Shown here piece by piece: positions 45,268-54,442 of a stretch of DNA of 64,000 nucleotides. The number at the start of each line of letters is the position of its first letter. The first letter of the stretch is position 1. A model generated the notes under the pieces. That model had not been told where the DNA came from. It made no database searches and worked only from the letters and a program-made list of their open reading frames with translations. A program made the translations under genes and the position numbers. The DNA lies in the NCBI GenBank assembly GCA_016929445.1, contig JAFGIU010000055.1:4629-68628 (forward strand), read 5' to 3'. This stretch comes from Candidatus Omnitrophota bacterium. GTDB lineage: Bacteria; Omnitrophota; Gorgyraeia; JAFGIU01.

Positions 45268-46562
45268 AACTTCTTCTTATATTCCACATTGACCCGGTCC
45301 ACAGGAATACCTCCGGTGGACTCGGTCTGCAATTCATCAGTCAAAGCGGACTGCCCCTTAACGTCCTTCTCCACATTCACGGAAATGGTCTCCGTCACAT
45401 TCACCCCCGCCTCCACTGTATGCTTTGTTGTGCGGTCAACACCCGTGCCCTCTTCCTGATACTGATAGCCCATATTGGCGCGTTCTCCGAACTCGGTCTT
45501 CACCCCCGCGCCTTTGCCTTTCTCATCATACCGGACATTGAAGTCCACAATTCCCAAGCTCTCCAGCAGCTGTTGGGCCTTTCCGCCAAAGAGAAAGAAA
45601 TCGATGAAGTCTGCCGCCAAATTCGCTGAAACCGGTTGCCCCTCAGCCACAGTCTCCACCCCCTGCCAATCCTTACCTGTCGCCAACAGGAGCAGCAATC
45701 GATGTTGGGGAAGACCTGAATCCGAACTCACCTTGAGCTTCAGGTCTTCAATCCCGCCCTGGATCTTGATATCAATAGGCGTGGCCCTGATGCGTGTATG
45801 TCCGCGCAGGTCCAAGTACGGTTTGAGCGGGTCCCCGGAAAACCGCACATGACTCTCCAGCACCTGCACCCGGAGATGCTCCACATGGACCTCCCCACCG
45901 GACAAACGCAGATCCCCTTCGACCTGCGGCGCGCCGCCCCAAAGCTCGCTCAACTGCAGACTCACATCCCCGGGCACATCCACGAGTTCCAGATTCTTCC
46001 TCGACAGACGCCCCACTCGGAGACTGCCCTGGAGCACCGGCCGCTTCAAGTCCCCGGTCAATAAGAAGTCCACGTCATTCACCATGCCTCTCAGATCCTG
46101 CCATCCGGGATGCACCGGCAAAACCTCCATCAGTCCCTGCACGGAGGCCCCCTTTGAATACAGGCTCAGACGCAAGCCGTCAGCCCCCTGCCCCCCGCCG
46201 ATAAGAATGGGGTCAGATCCCGGCCAGCGCAACTGGCCGTCGAGTAGGTGAAACTCCAACTTCCCCAAGCCCAAAGGGAAGGAAGGTTTGAAGGTCATCT
46301 TCTTGATACGGAGTTGGCTGTCTTCAGGAAAGGTATCCAGATTGCGGGCTAAAAGACCGTGGATCACATACCCCTGCCGGGGATCCCCCTCGATCTTTCC
46401 CACCTCCAGATGTTCGGAAGGAAAATAGCGGGCCAGACCCACTTCTACGAGCGGCTCCAAACCCACCCCGCTGACAATTGAGAAGGCAATGCTGACCAAG
46501 CTCACGGCAAACAGCGCCGCCAACGCAAAGAGCAGCGTCTTGAGGAGAGGGCCTGACTTCAT
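45264..46562 (-). CDS. Hypothetical exported beta-rich protein (TamB/AsmA-like C-terminal-domain-like; identification is weak)
   Basis: 432 aa with a signal/TM segment (LLKTLLFALAALFAVSLVSIAF), a long beta-strand-rich region and a C-terminal KKKF. It forms an operon with the OMP-like gene upstream. Confidence 0.35.
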   Translation of the reverse strand: MKSGPLLKTLLFALAALFAVSLVSIAFSIVSGVGLEPLVEVGLARYFPSEHLEVGKIEGDPRQGYVIHGLLARNLDTFPEDSQLRIKKMTFKPSFPLGLGKLEFHLLDGQLRWPGSDPILIGGGQGADGLRLSLYSKGASVQGLMEVLPVHPGWQDLRGMVNDVDFLLTGDLKRPVLQGSLRVGRLSRKNLELVDVPGDVSLQLSELWGGAPQVEGDLRLSGGEVHVEHLRVQVLESHVRFSGDPLKPYLDLRGHTRIRATPIDIKIQGGIEDLKLKVSSDSGLPQHRLLLLLATGKDWQGVETVAEGQPVSANLAADFIDFFLFGGKAQQLLESLGIVDFNVRYDEKGKGAGVKTEFGERANMGYQYQEEGTGVDRTTKHTVEAGVNVTETISVNVEKDVKGQSALTDELQTESTGGIPVDRVNVEYKKKF

Positions 46563-46563
46563 C

Positions 46564-47235
46564 CTAGAATCTCAGTTTGGCTTGGGTCTGAAGGATTTGA
46601 TTACTGCTCCAGTGTTCTCCTGAAAGCAGGCTCTGCACACCCCACGAGGCTGTTAACAGCCAGTTTTTACCTGCCGGAACAGTTGTCCCTAAGAAAAAGC
46701 GGTTCTGGTTCAGCTTGTCGGCCGGGAAATCGTAAAAGATTTCGTCGTTGATGAAGGCACTGATCTCAAGCCCCCGGATCTTCAGAGGGTGACTCACCTG
46801 AAACCGGCCCCTATAACGATAATTGATATCCTCCGGATCCTGCTCGCGAATCCGCATCTCCAGCCGGCTGCGGTTTTCCAAACCCCAATCCCCCAGGCTC
46901 ACGCGCGGGTAAATCTCCACACTGGGGCGGTGCTCCCAGCTCCAATCATCCCCGGTGCCCCGGTTCTGTATATAGGAGTAGTTGGCTGACACAAAACAGT
47001 TCGGATGGAGCTTCCAGAGATTCTTCGTCTTGAATTCGGTGTAGTGGAGTTTGGAGATATCGTCCCGGAATCGGACGATCTGCAGAAACTCACTGCTGAA
47101 TTTGCCCTTCTGGCAGACAGGAAGGACCGTGTCCTGCCAAAACTGCCAATCATCCCTTGCCCACGCATCGGAGCCAGAGCAAATTAAAATGCCGCAAAGA
47201 CCCAACAAAAGACTGCCTCTTAGTAAAAGTTTCAT
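46564..47235 (-). CDS. Putative outer-membrane beta-barrel protein (signal peptide, alternating amphipathic strands, C-terminal Phe)
   Basis: 223 aa with the signal MKLLLRGSLLLGLCGILICSGSDAWA. Its Trp/Tyr-rich strands and terminal ...LRF are typical of OMPs. Confidence 0.5.
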   Translation of the reverse strand: MKLLLRGSLLLGLCGILICSGSDAWARDDWQFWQDTVLPVCQKGKFSSEFLQIVRFRDDISKLHYTEFKTKNLWKLHPNCFVSANYSYIQNRGTGDDWSWEHRPSVEIYPRVSLGDWGLENRSRLEMRIREQDPEDINYRYRGRFQVSHPLKIRGLEISAFINDEIFYDFPADKLNQNRFFLGTTVPAGKNWLLTASWGVQSLLSGEHWSSNQILQTQAKLRF

Positions 47236-47348
47236 CCTGTATCCTTTCCATTCCCGATATTATAGGGCAAGGCAGCGTTGACAGGTTTTTTTGCCCGCAA
47301 AATGCGCGCCGCAGGAAGTTGTACGATTCATTGCCACTTTGTTCTAAA

Positions 47349-49163
47349 ATGCTCAGAGTGAAACGGTTCCACTTCTTTCCCACCAGCTTTGACCTCAAGC
47401 TCGGGTGCGTGGCATCCGGGTTGTGGTGCCTGCTGCTCTGGAAGGATTTCCCGCAAAACGGCGCCCGCGCCGACCTTCTGCTCTTCAGCCTTTTTTTGCT
47501 GGCCTATTTGATTTTCTTTTCTTTCTTGAGCTGGCTCAGCCGCCTTCTGATCCAGGTCCTGGTGGCCCTGCGCCGGGTGGAAAGCGGCCGGCAATCCTGG
47601 CGCATCCAACGCATTTTCGCCATTGCCGTCAGCCTCTGCCTCTGCGGGCACATCGCCCTGGGTCCGGTTATCCCGGCCCGATGGATGCTCTTCGCCGCTT
47701 TGGCAAGCGCATGCCTCCTGATCGGGGGCCTAATCTGGTACTGGCCCGCGCGCATTTCCGAACGTCTCAGCGCCCTAAGCAGACTGAGTTCGGTCACACT
47801 GCTCTTTATCCCGCTTCTCGTGGGCACCGCCTTTGCAGTACCCCGCTCCCTCCTGCCTGCGCTGAGTTCCGCCATCATTTCCAAGACCTCAGACCCACAG
47901 AAAGAACCGGCTCAAAAGATGCCGGGGCTCTCCGTAAAGTTTATCGGCATAGACGGCCTGGACATGGGAGTGATTGATATGTTGATCGGCCTGGGCCGTC
48001 TCCCCACTTTTGAGAAACTCAAGAAATACGGGGTAAGCGGAACCCTCGCCACCGTGTCCCCGCATTCCCCGGTTGTGTGGACTTCATTGGCCACGGGCAT
48101 GCCGGAATCCGTGCATAAGGTCTCGGACTACACCACGGACTATTACCGAAATACGAGTTGGAGTGTGCTCAAGAGCCGCTTTGATTTTCTGGGTGATTAC
48201 TTGAACGACTGGAAGAATATCCGCGAACAAAGAGCCACCAGCTCCAATGAACGCCAATGCAAAGCGCTTTGGGAAATCCTGAGCGAATACGGTAAAAGTT
48301 CCCTGGCCATTAACTGGTGGCTTTCCTACCCGGCCGAACCCGTCAAAGGCAAGGTTATTTCGAATTACGCATTGCCGTGGGGAGGCTTTGAACTGCACGA
48401 CCTGGAACCCCTGTCCACCATGCCGCACCTCTCCCACCCGCCTGCACTACAGGCAGAGGTCCTGGGAGAAGTCCATCACTTCTTGCGCAATCGAAATATC
48501 AAAGGACTCGCCAGGAGTATCTCCCAACTCGAAGGAGCCAAGTTCTTCACGCTCCGGGACGAGTTGGTCTTCCGGCTTTACCGCCGTTATGACAATCCCG
48601 ACTTAGCCCTCGCAACCATGTACCTGCAAAGTGTGGACACAAACTCGCACATCTTCAGTCATATGGCCTTTGGTCCGGACATCAATTACATGCGGCCCAT
48701 GAAGCTCTCCAACGAAGATGCCACCAAGGGATGGGAAGCCTTGGTGGCCAAGAGTTACGAGCGGATGGACCAATATCTGGCCAAACTGCTCCAGAATCTC
48801 AAACAAAACGAATGCCTTCTCATGGTCTCCGACCACGGCTGGGAGTACAACGGCCGGGGACACCTGAACGCCCCGCCAGGAGTGGTCTTTGCGTTCGGCA
48901 AACCTTTCAAGTCCGGATTTATTCTGGAAAAAGCCCATGTCCTCAATATTTTTCCGACCATTGCATATTTGCTGGATCTGCCCTTGAGCCGGGAACTCCC
49001 TGCTCCGCCTCTTTTGGAGGCCATTGATCCCCAGTTCCAGTTGGTTCACCTGCCCGCTTATGTGGACTCCTATGAGCGGCGCGGGGCGCGAATCGCAACC
49101 AGCACCAACCTGGACAACGAAGAGCACTTGGAGCGGCTCAAATCTTTGGGCTATTTGCAGTAA
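47349..49163 (+). CDS. Membrane-anchored alkaline-phosphatase-superfamily enzyme (type I phosphodiesterase/nucleotide pyrophosphatase-like)
   Basis: It has about 5 N-terminal TM helices, then IGIDGLDMG and an AlkP-core metal-ligand region (MVSDHGW). Its stop abuts the next gene start. Confidence 0.65.
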   Translation: MLRVKRFHFFPTSFDLKLGCVASGLWCLLLWKDFPQNGARADLLLFSLFLLAYLIFFSFLSWLSRLLIQVLVALRRVESGRQSWRIQRIFAIAVSLCLCGHIALGPVIPARWMLFAALASACLLIGGLIWYWPARISERLSALSRLSSVTLLFIPLLVGTAFAVPRSLLPALSSAIISKTSDPQKEPAQKMPGLSVKFIGIDGLDMGVIDMLIGLGRLPTFEKLKKYGVSGTLATVSPHSPVVWTSLATGMPESVHKVSDYTTDYYRNTSWSVLKSRFDFLGDYLNDWKNIREQRATSSNERQCKALWEILSEYGKSSLAINWWLSYPAEPVKGKVISNYALPWGGFELHDLEPLSTMPHLSHPPALQAEVLGEVHHFLRNRNIKGLARSISQLEGAKFFTLRDELVFRLYRRYDNPDLALATMYLQSVDTNSHIFSHMAFGPDINYMRPMKLSNEDATKGWEALVAKSYERMDQYLAKLLQNLKQNECLLMVSDHGWEYNGRGHLNAPPGVVFAFGKPFKSGFILEKAHVLNIFPTIAYLLDLPLSRELPAPPLLEAIDPQFQLVHLPAYVDSYERRGARIATSTNLDNEEHLERLKSLGYLQ

Positions 49164-51556
49164 TGAAAAGAGAAAATCTCAGAAAACTTCTCTGCACCAC
49201 CCTGGCACTGGCTACGGCCTTTGGGTTGGCCTTTTGGTTCAGGACCTACATGCCTCGCGCACTCAACGCGTCCGTTCCTGCGCAAGTGGCGCAAAATGCC
49301 CACATCGAAGTTCTCTCGGCACTCAAGTCCCAGATCCGGAATGCCGCCCAAGCAGAACTCGAAAGCCTTCCAGAAACCCAGCGCGCGCAGGTTGTCGAAG
49401 AACGCGCCCGGGAACTCATTCAACAGGATCGAAGACGCTACGAAGATCTGGTCCAAAAAACCGCCGTGAAGATGATCCGCGGAGGTGATACCGGTTACTC
49501 CCGCAACTACCTCATGGGCGCTGACTCATACCACTATCTGGGCCTGACCCGGAATCTGCTGCAGACCGGGCACATCTCAGACAAGATCCAAGACGGCCGG
49601 TTCTTCAGCCCTCTTCAACTGGCGCCCCACGGGGCCTGGCAACCCATCAACCTGCATCCTTATCTCGGTGCCTTATGGCACAAACTCCTCGGAGGCGGCC
49701 AGGGCCCCTTAGAACTCATGCAGAGACTCTGTTCTTTCCCGCTTTTTCTTTGCTTCATCCTGTGCATTGTCTTCTTTGTGTTGTGTTCTGCGGTCCGGAC
49801 AGGAATCTTCCCCGCATTCCTGGGCTGCCTCACCCTGGTGCTTTCTCCGATTTCAATTTATCGCGGGGCCTATGGCTGGTATGACACGGATTTTTACAAT
49901 CTGATCTTTCCCATCCTGGTCCTGACTCTCTTCTTGCTGGGGAGCAACCGCCGCATCCATCTGCGCTTGAGCTCGGTTTTGGCGGGACTGTTCACCGCCC
50001 TGTATGCACTTTTCTGGGAAGGCTGGCTCTTCTTGCCTTGCTTTATCCTCCTGGCCGGGCTGCTGCCCCTATTGCTGCAAAGATTCCGGCCCGATTCGGG
50101 AATGCCCGAGTGCGGCCGGTTTTTGGTCTTCTATCTGGGAAGCGCGCTGCTCTTTTCGATCGCGTTCCTGAGCCCCTTGGGTTGGATCCGGTCCGTGGGA
50201 CAGAACCTGGGCTTTCTCGGAGACTCCGGAGAAACTCAATCGCATCTCTGGCCCAGTGTCTTCCTCATTATCGGGGAAATGACCCCTTTAACACTGCCGG
50301 AGCTCGTCCGCCATGTAGGGCATTGGGGTGTGGCCCTAATCGGCATCGCGGGATGGATGCTTTGGGGAAGAGCCGCTTGGAGCGCTCAAGGCCGGCGACG
50401 GCTTGCAGAATGGATTTTGTTTACCCTCATGGGATGGGGGCTGATCCTGCTCTCGCTTAAAATCGAACGTTTTGCGCTCCTCCTCCTGATCCCCTTAAGC
50501 ATTTGGGTGGCCGTGGGCGCAGAGCACCTGACCGGACTGAGCGCCACCTTCTTATCCCTCCTGCATTCCAAATGGATCCAACGACTCGCCGTCCCGCTGA
50601 GCATGCTGCTGGTCCTCCTGCTGCTCGTGCCCGGACAGCTTGCGGCAGCCCATACCGCGGCCATGCACACCAAGCCCGTCATGAACGACCTTTGGTACAA
50701 GGTATTGAGAGAGATCCGGGAAAAGACCCCGGAAGATTCCATTATTGTGACCTGGTGGCCTCCGGGTCACTTTGTTCGCTCCCTCGCGGAACGCCGCGTG
50801 TTCGCGGACGGTCAAACCCTGTACATCCCGGCCTATTACTGGCTGGCCCGCGTTTTCATGGCCCAAACGGAAGCCGAGGCATGCGGAATACTGCGCATGC
50901 TCGCCAACGGCGGACCTCAAACCATCGAATTCCTGACCGGGCATGGCATCGAAATTCCCGAAGCCATTGATTTGCTCAATAAAGTGCTGCCTCTCGAGAG
51001 ACCGCAGGCAGCACGGCGGCTGGCTAAACAATTTAACCAAACCGACCGGCAGAAATTCTTGGACCTCACGCACGGCAAAGGGCCGTTGCCGCCCACTTAT
51101 GTACTGCTCTTCAACAGCATGGTGGAAAAAAATCAGTCTATGGCCCTGATGGCGCGCTGGGATTTTCACAAAGCCTTTGAGCTCTGGCCGCAGCCCTCGG
51201 ACACGCCTTCTCTCCTGTCCAATAGGGCCGGCTACTTGAAGACAGTCTCGGAGATTTCGGGCCCTGCATACCAGTTCAGCCCCCCGATCACCGTATCCAA
51301 GGTCCAGGAGGATACCCTCTTGAAAAGGACAAAAGCCGGCAAGCTATCCACCCTGTTCTCAGGTGAGGGAGCCCAACGCAAAGCAGTGATTGCAGATCCC
51401 CGCCTTATCCGGTCCCTGCTCTTCCGGCTGTACTACCAAGAGGAAAATTCGTTGAAGAGTTTCCAGAAGCTCATCCATACCGCCAACGCTCTCGCCGAAA
51501 CAGAAATCCTGGTCTTTAGGGTGAACTGGGAGGCGCAAGGAAGTTCTTCGCCTTAA
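49163..51556 (+). CDS. STT3/PglB/AglB-like GT-C oligosaccharyltransferase homologue with divergent motifs
   Basis: 797 aa. After TM1, the first long external loop has GADSYHYLGLTR, which is DxYYHxR-like. There follow about 12 further TM helices. The sequence SIIVTWWPPGHF sits where the WWDYG motif is expected, and a soluble C-terminal domain follows. Confidence 0.55.
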   Translation: MKRENLRKLLCTTLALATAFGLAFWFRTYMPRALNASVPAQVAQNAHIEVLSALKSQIRNAAQAELESLPETQRAQVVEERARELIQQDRRRYEDLVQKTAVKMIRGGDTGYSRNYLMGADSYHYLGLTRNLLQTGHISDKIQDGRFFSPLQLAPHGAWQPINLHPYLGALWHKLLGGGQGPLELMQRLCSFPLFLCFILCIVFFVLCSAVRTGIFPAFLGCLTLVLSPISIYRGAYGWYDTDFYNLIFPILVLTLFLLGSNRRIHLRLSSVLAGLFTALYALFWEGWLFLPCFILLAGLLPLLLQRFRPDSGMPECGRFLVFYLGSALLFSIAFLSPLGWIRSVGQNLGFLGDSGETQSHLWPSVFLIIGEMTPLTLPELVRHVGHWGVALIGIAGWMLWGRAAWSAQGRRRLAEWILFTLMGWGLILLSLKIERFALLLLIPLSIWVAVGAEHLTGLSATFLSLLHSKWIQRLAVPLSMLLVLLLLVPGQLAAAHTAAMHTKPVMNDLWYKVLREIREKTPEDSIIVTWWPPGHFVRSLAERRVFADGQTLYIPAYYWLARVFMAQTEAEACGILRMLANGGPQTIEFLTGHGIEIPEAIDLLNKVLPLERPQAARRLAKQFNQTDRQKFLDLTHGKGPLPPTYVLLFNSMVEKNQSMALMARWDFHKAFELWPQPSDTPSLLSNRAGYLKTVSEISGPAYQFSPPITVSKVQEDTLLKRTKAGKLSTLFSGEGAQRKAVIADPRLIRSLLFRLYYQEENSLKSFQKLIHTANALAETEILVFRVNWEAQGSSSP

Positions 51557-53534
51557 CATAGTCCGGGTCGATTTGGAGAGCCCGCTCAAAGGCCGCCTTG
51601 GCCTGAGCGGGTTTGTCCAGTTTGAGGAAAATTAGGCCGAGATTGTAATGGGCCTTGGCATGATTCGGATCCAAACGCAGAACCTCCTCATAACAGAGGG
51701 CAGCCTCCTCGTATCTCCCCTGATGAAAGAAAACATTGCCCAAATTGTTGTAGGCCCTGGCATAGTCCGGGTCCAGACGTATGGCCTCTTGATAGGCCTC
51801 GATCGCCTCCTGCAGTTGGCCCATGTTTGCAAAGGCCGCTCCTAGATTGTGTTGTGCCTCGGCATAGCCGGGCCGGTAACGCAACGCCTCCCGGTAGGCC
51901 GCAACCGCCGCTGCGGGCCGGTCCATCCGCATCAAAGTCAGCCCCAGGTTATTGTGCGCTTCAGCCAAAGCCGGATTCAGTCCGAGAGCCGTGCGATACG
52001 CTGTTTCAGCCTCGGAAAGCCGGCTCAGAAAGTAGAGCGCGGTTCCGCGATTGTTGTGAGCCTCGGCCAACAGAGGATCCAAGTCCACAGCCAAGTCAAT
52101 CTGAGCCAACGAATCACCCGGACGCCCCAATTTCAACAAGGCATGTCCCAAGTTGTTATGAGCGAGCGCGTAGGTGGGCCGTAACGTAATCGCCTCGATG
52201 TACTGTTGGACAGCGGCCTTCACCTGTCCGCGTTTCATCAGCGCCTCACCCAGGTTGTTATGAGCACGCGCGTTTTCCGGTCTCTTGGCCACGGTATCCG
52301 ACCAAATAGACAAGTCGCTGCGGTAATCCGAGTTACGCTCCAAGGTCATGGACGCCAGGCCCAAAGCCCACACACTGATTCCCAAAAGCAAGAGCTTCTT
52401 TCTCAAAGAATGCGATCGCACCAATTCCCCAATCAAGAGATCCAGGAAAAGCACGCATCCCGCAAGCGCGGGGGCCAAGGCCAAATACATGCGGTGTTCC
52501 GCTGCTAAGTCGGCGATGGGAATAAAACTGGAGCTCACTGAAAGCAAGAGCAGAAAGCCCGCACCCAGGAATCCCAAGGCAGGGCTCGTGAACAGGGCCC
52601 ATACAACAACCAGCAAGAAGCCCGCAAAGGAGAGCACATAGGGCCAATGCCCGCTGAGGGATTGGGCCAAAGGCCACGCATAATCGAAAACCAAAGGCCG
52701 GGGCCACACCACCAGCTGCCCGTAATGAGACAAAACCTCTGTTTGGGTGAGCGCATAGAGCGATGCACTGATGCCTGGCACATCAAAGCCCATGGAAGGC
52801 TTGTCCACTGCCGGACTCAAGGCCAACAGGAGAAGCGGCACGGTCCACAGAATGAGAAACATACCGTAAAAACGCCGCCTGTGCTCCCAGACCTCCCGCC
52901 AGCTAAAGCTGAGAAAGACGCGATCGTACAGCAGAGCCAAGAGCGGAGCAGAGAGCACGACAGGCTTCGAAAGCCCCCCCAGGAACACGGCAGCTAAGGC
53001 CAATCCATGCCAGGCCCTGGCCCTGCGCTCACTTTGAGCCCCACGCATAAGTCCATACATAATCAGTAGATAGAATAAACCGGCCAGGGACTCGCCCCGT
53101 TGCACAATGTAATTAACGGCCTGGGTTTGAAGCGGGTGAACCAGCCACAAGAGCGCGCATCCAAAACTCAGGAGTTCGACACGTCCCTCAAAAGCACCGC
53201 GGAGTTTTTGCGCGCGAAATGTGCGCCTCATTAAGCCGAAAAGAAGAAGACCGCAGGAGATGTGAATCAGAAGATTGAAGAGGTGATAGCTCCAAACCTC
53301 CCGGGCACTGATTGCGTAGTTCAGCGCAAAGGTGAAACCCGTGAGCGGACGCCAAGCCTCTGCTGCCTGAGGCGGGGGCAAAAAAGGACCCCACAAAGGC
53401 CAAAGTGATCGGATGTGTGGATTCTGAACAATGGACGTGAAATCATCGAAGATAAAGGGGCCGGAAAAGCTATTGGCATAGCAAAAACAAGCGGCCACAA
53501 TCAGGAGCAGAGGGTAGCGAATTAGGAGCCTCAT
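51516..53534 (-). CDS. TMTC-like GT-C glycosyltransferase (PMT_2/DUF1736-type membrane domain) fused to C-terminal TPR repeats
   Basis: 672 aa. It has an N-terminal domain of about 11 TM helices with FIFDDF (DD motif in loop 1) and at least 8 canonical TPRs (AEAHNNLG... repeats). Confidence 0.75.
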   Translation of the reverse strand: MRLLIRYPLLLIVAACFCYANSFSGPFIFDDFTSIVQNPHIRSLWPLWGPFLPPPQAAEAWRPLTGFTFALNYAISAREVWSYHLFNLLIHISCGLLLFGLMRRTFRAQKLRGAFEGRVELLSFGCALLWLVHPLQTQAVNYIVQRGESLAGLFYLLIMYGLMRGAQSERRARAWHGLALAAVFLGGLSKPVVLSAPLLALLYDRVFLSFSWREVWEHRRRFYGMFLILWTVPLLLLALSPAVDKPSMGFDVPGISASLYALTQTEVLSHYGQLVVWPRPLVFDYAWPLAQSLSGHWPYVLSFAGFLLVVVWALFTSPALGFLGAGFLLLLSVSSSFIPIADLAAEHRMYLALAPALAGCVLFLDLLIGELVRSHSLRKKLLLLGISVWALGLASMTLERNSDYRSDLSIWSDTVAKRPENARAHNNLGEALMKRGQVKAAVQQYIEAITLRPTYALAHNNLGHALLKLGRPGDSLAQIDLAVDLDPLLAEAHNNRGTALYFLSRLSEAETAYRTALGLNPALAEAHNNLGLTLMRMDRPAAAVAAYREALRYRPGYAEAQHNLGAAFANMGQLQEAIEAYQEAIRLDPDYARAYNNLGNVFFHQGRYEEAALCYEEVLRLDPNHAKAHYNLGLIFLKLDKPAQAKAAFERALQIDPDYVKAKNFLAPPSSP

Positions 53535-53556
53535 TACTGAGCCTCACTCTATCACA

Positions 53557-53937
53557 TCAGGATTGGCGTTGGATAAGCTCGATTGAATCCACCCCCCTGC
53601 CGCCCTCGACTTCGCAAAGCATCCCGCAAGAAGGGCATTCGGCACAAGGAATGGGATCGTGCCCGTCGGCGCCGCCGTCCGGTACCTCGCCTTTATACCC
53701 GCACTCCTCGCAAGTCAGAGTGGGGGCGACCAAAATTAGTTCGAGCTCAGCGCCCTCCAAGGGAGTGTCCTTGGTGAGCATTTTAAAGGCCTGTTCCGTG
53801 GAACCATCCGAATGCACATCCAAGGCCCCAACCCTCAAAATGACCTGTTCGATTTTATCTTCCGGCTTGATGTTCTTGCCCGGGAGTTGGCTGGTGATCT
53901 CAGCGATAACCTGTTCCATTAATGAGTATTCGTGCAT
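53557..53937 (-). CDS. hypA: Hydrogenase nickel-incorporation protein HypA
   Basis: It has the MHEYS N-terminus (Ni site) and a Zn finger CEEC...CAECPSC. Confidence 0.8.
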   Translation of the reverse strand: MHEYSLMEQVIAEITSQLPGKNIKPEDKIEQVILRVGALDVHSDGSTEQAFKMLTKDTPLEGAELELILVAPTLTCEECGYKGEVPDGGADGHDPIPCAECPSCGMLCEVEGGRGVDSIELIQRQS

Positions 53938-53959
53938 GATGTTTCCTCTAAGGATTGCC

Positions 53960-54442
53960 TCACTGTGTTCGCAATAACGCCCAGTCCTTAACAATCTCCG
54001 CGGCGCGGTCCACATAGCCCGGTAAAGCCGCGGCCACTGCCTCGGTCAAAGATTCTTCAAACCGAAACGGATCCGCCACTTCCATACCCAACACGAGGAC
54101 CTCTCCGGGAAATGGAATGGAAAGCTGCTCTGCCAGCCTAAAAACTTCGGGCAAACCCGCATAATGCGGCGACCCCGCTACAACCTGGGCAAAGTGCTCG
54201 CGCCGGTACTCGAGAATTGTCCCCGGCTCGTTGTCGCCCGTAACCACACAGTCCAATAAGAGCGCATAATCGCGGCCCTCGAGCACCTCGATCATGTCAA
54301 AGCCTGAACCATCCGACTCCACGACATCCACTTCAGAGGCAGGCAATTGTTTCGCAAGCCGGCGTGCAGCCAAAAGACCCACAGCGTCGTCACCCCGGAT
54401 ATCATTCCCCAGGGCAAGCACCAGAATACGCGCTTCAGACAT
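53960..54442 (-). CDS. [NiFe]-hydrogenase maturation endopeptidase (HycI/HoxW/FrhD family)
   Basis: It has ILVLALGNDIRGDDAVG and a conserved Asp/His metal site. It lies immediately 3' of the large-subunit gene. Confidence 0.85.
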   Translation of the reverse strand: MSEARILVLALGNDIRGDDAVGLLAARRLAKQLPASEVDVVESDGSGFDMIEVLEGRDYALLLDCVVTGDNEPGTILEYRREHFAQVVAGSPHYAGLPEVFRLAEQLSIPFPGEVLVLGMEVADPFRFEESLTEAVAAALPGYVDRAAEIVKDWALLRTQ

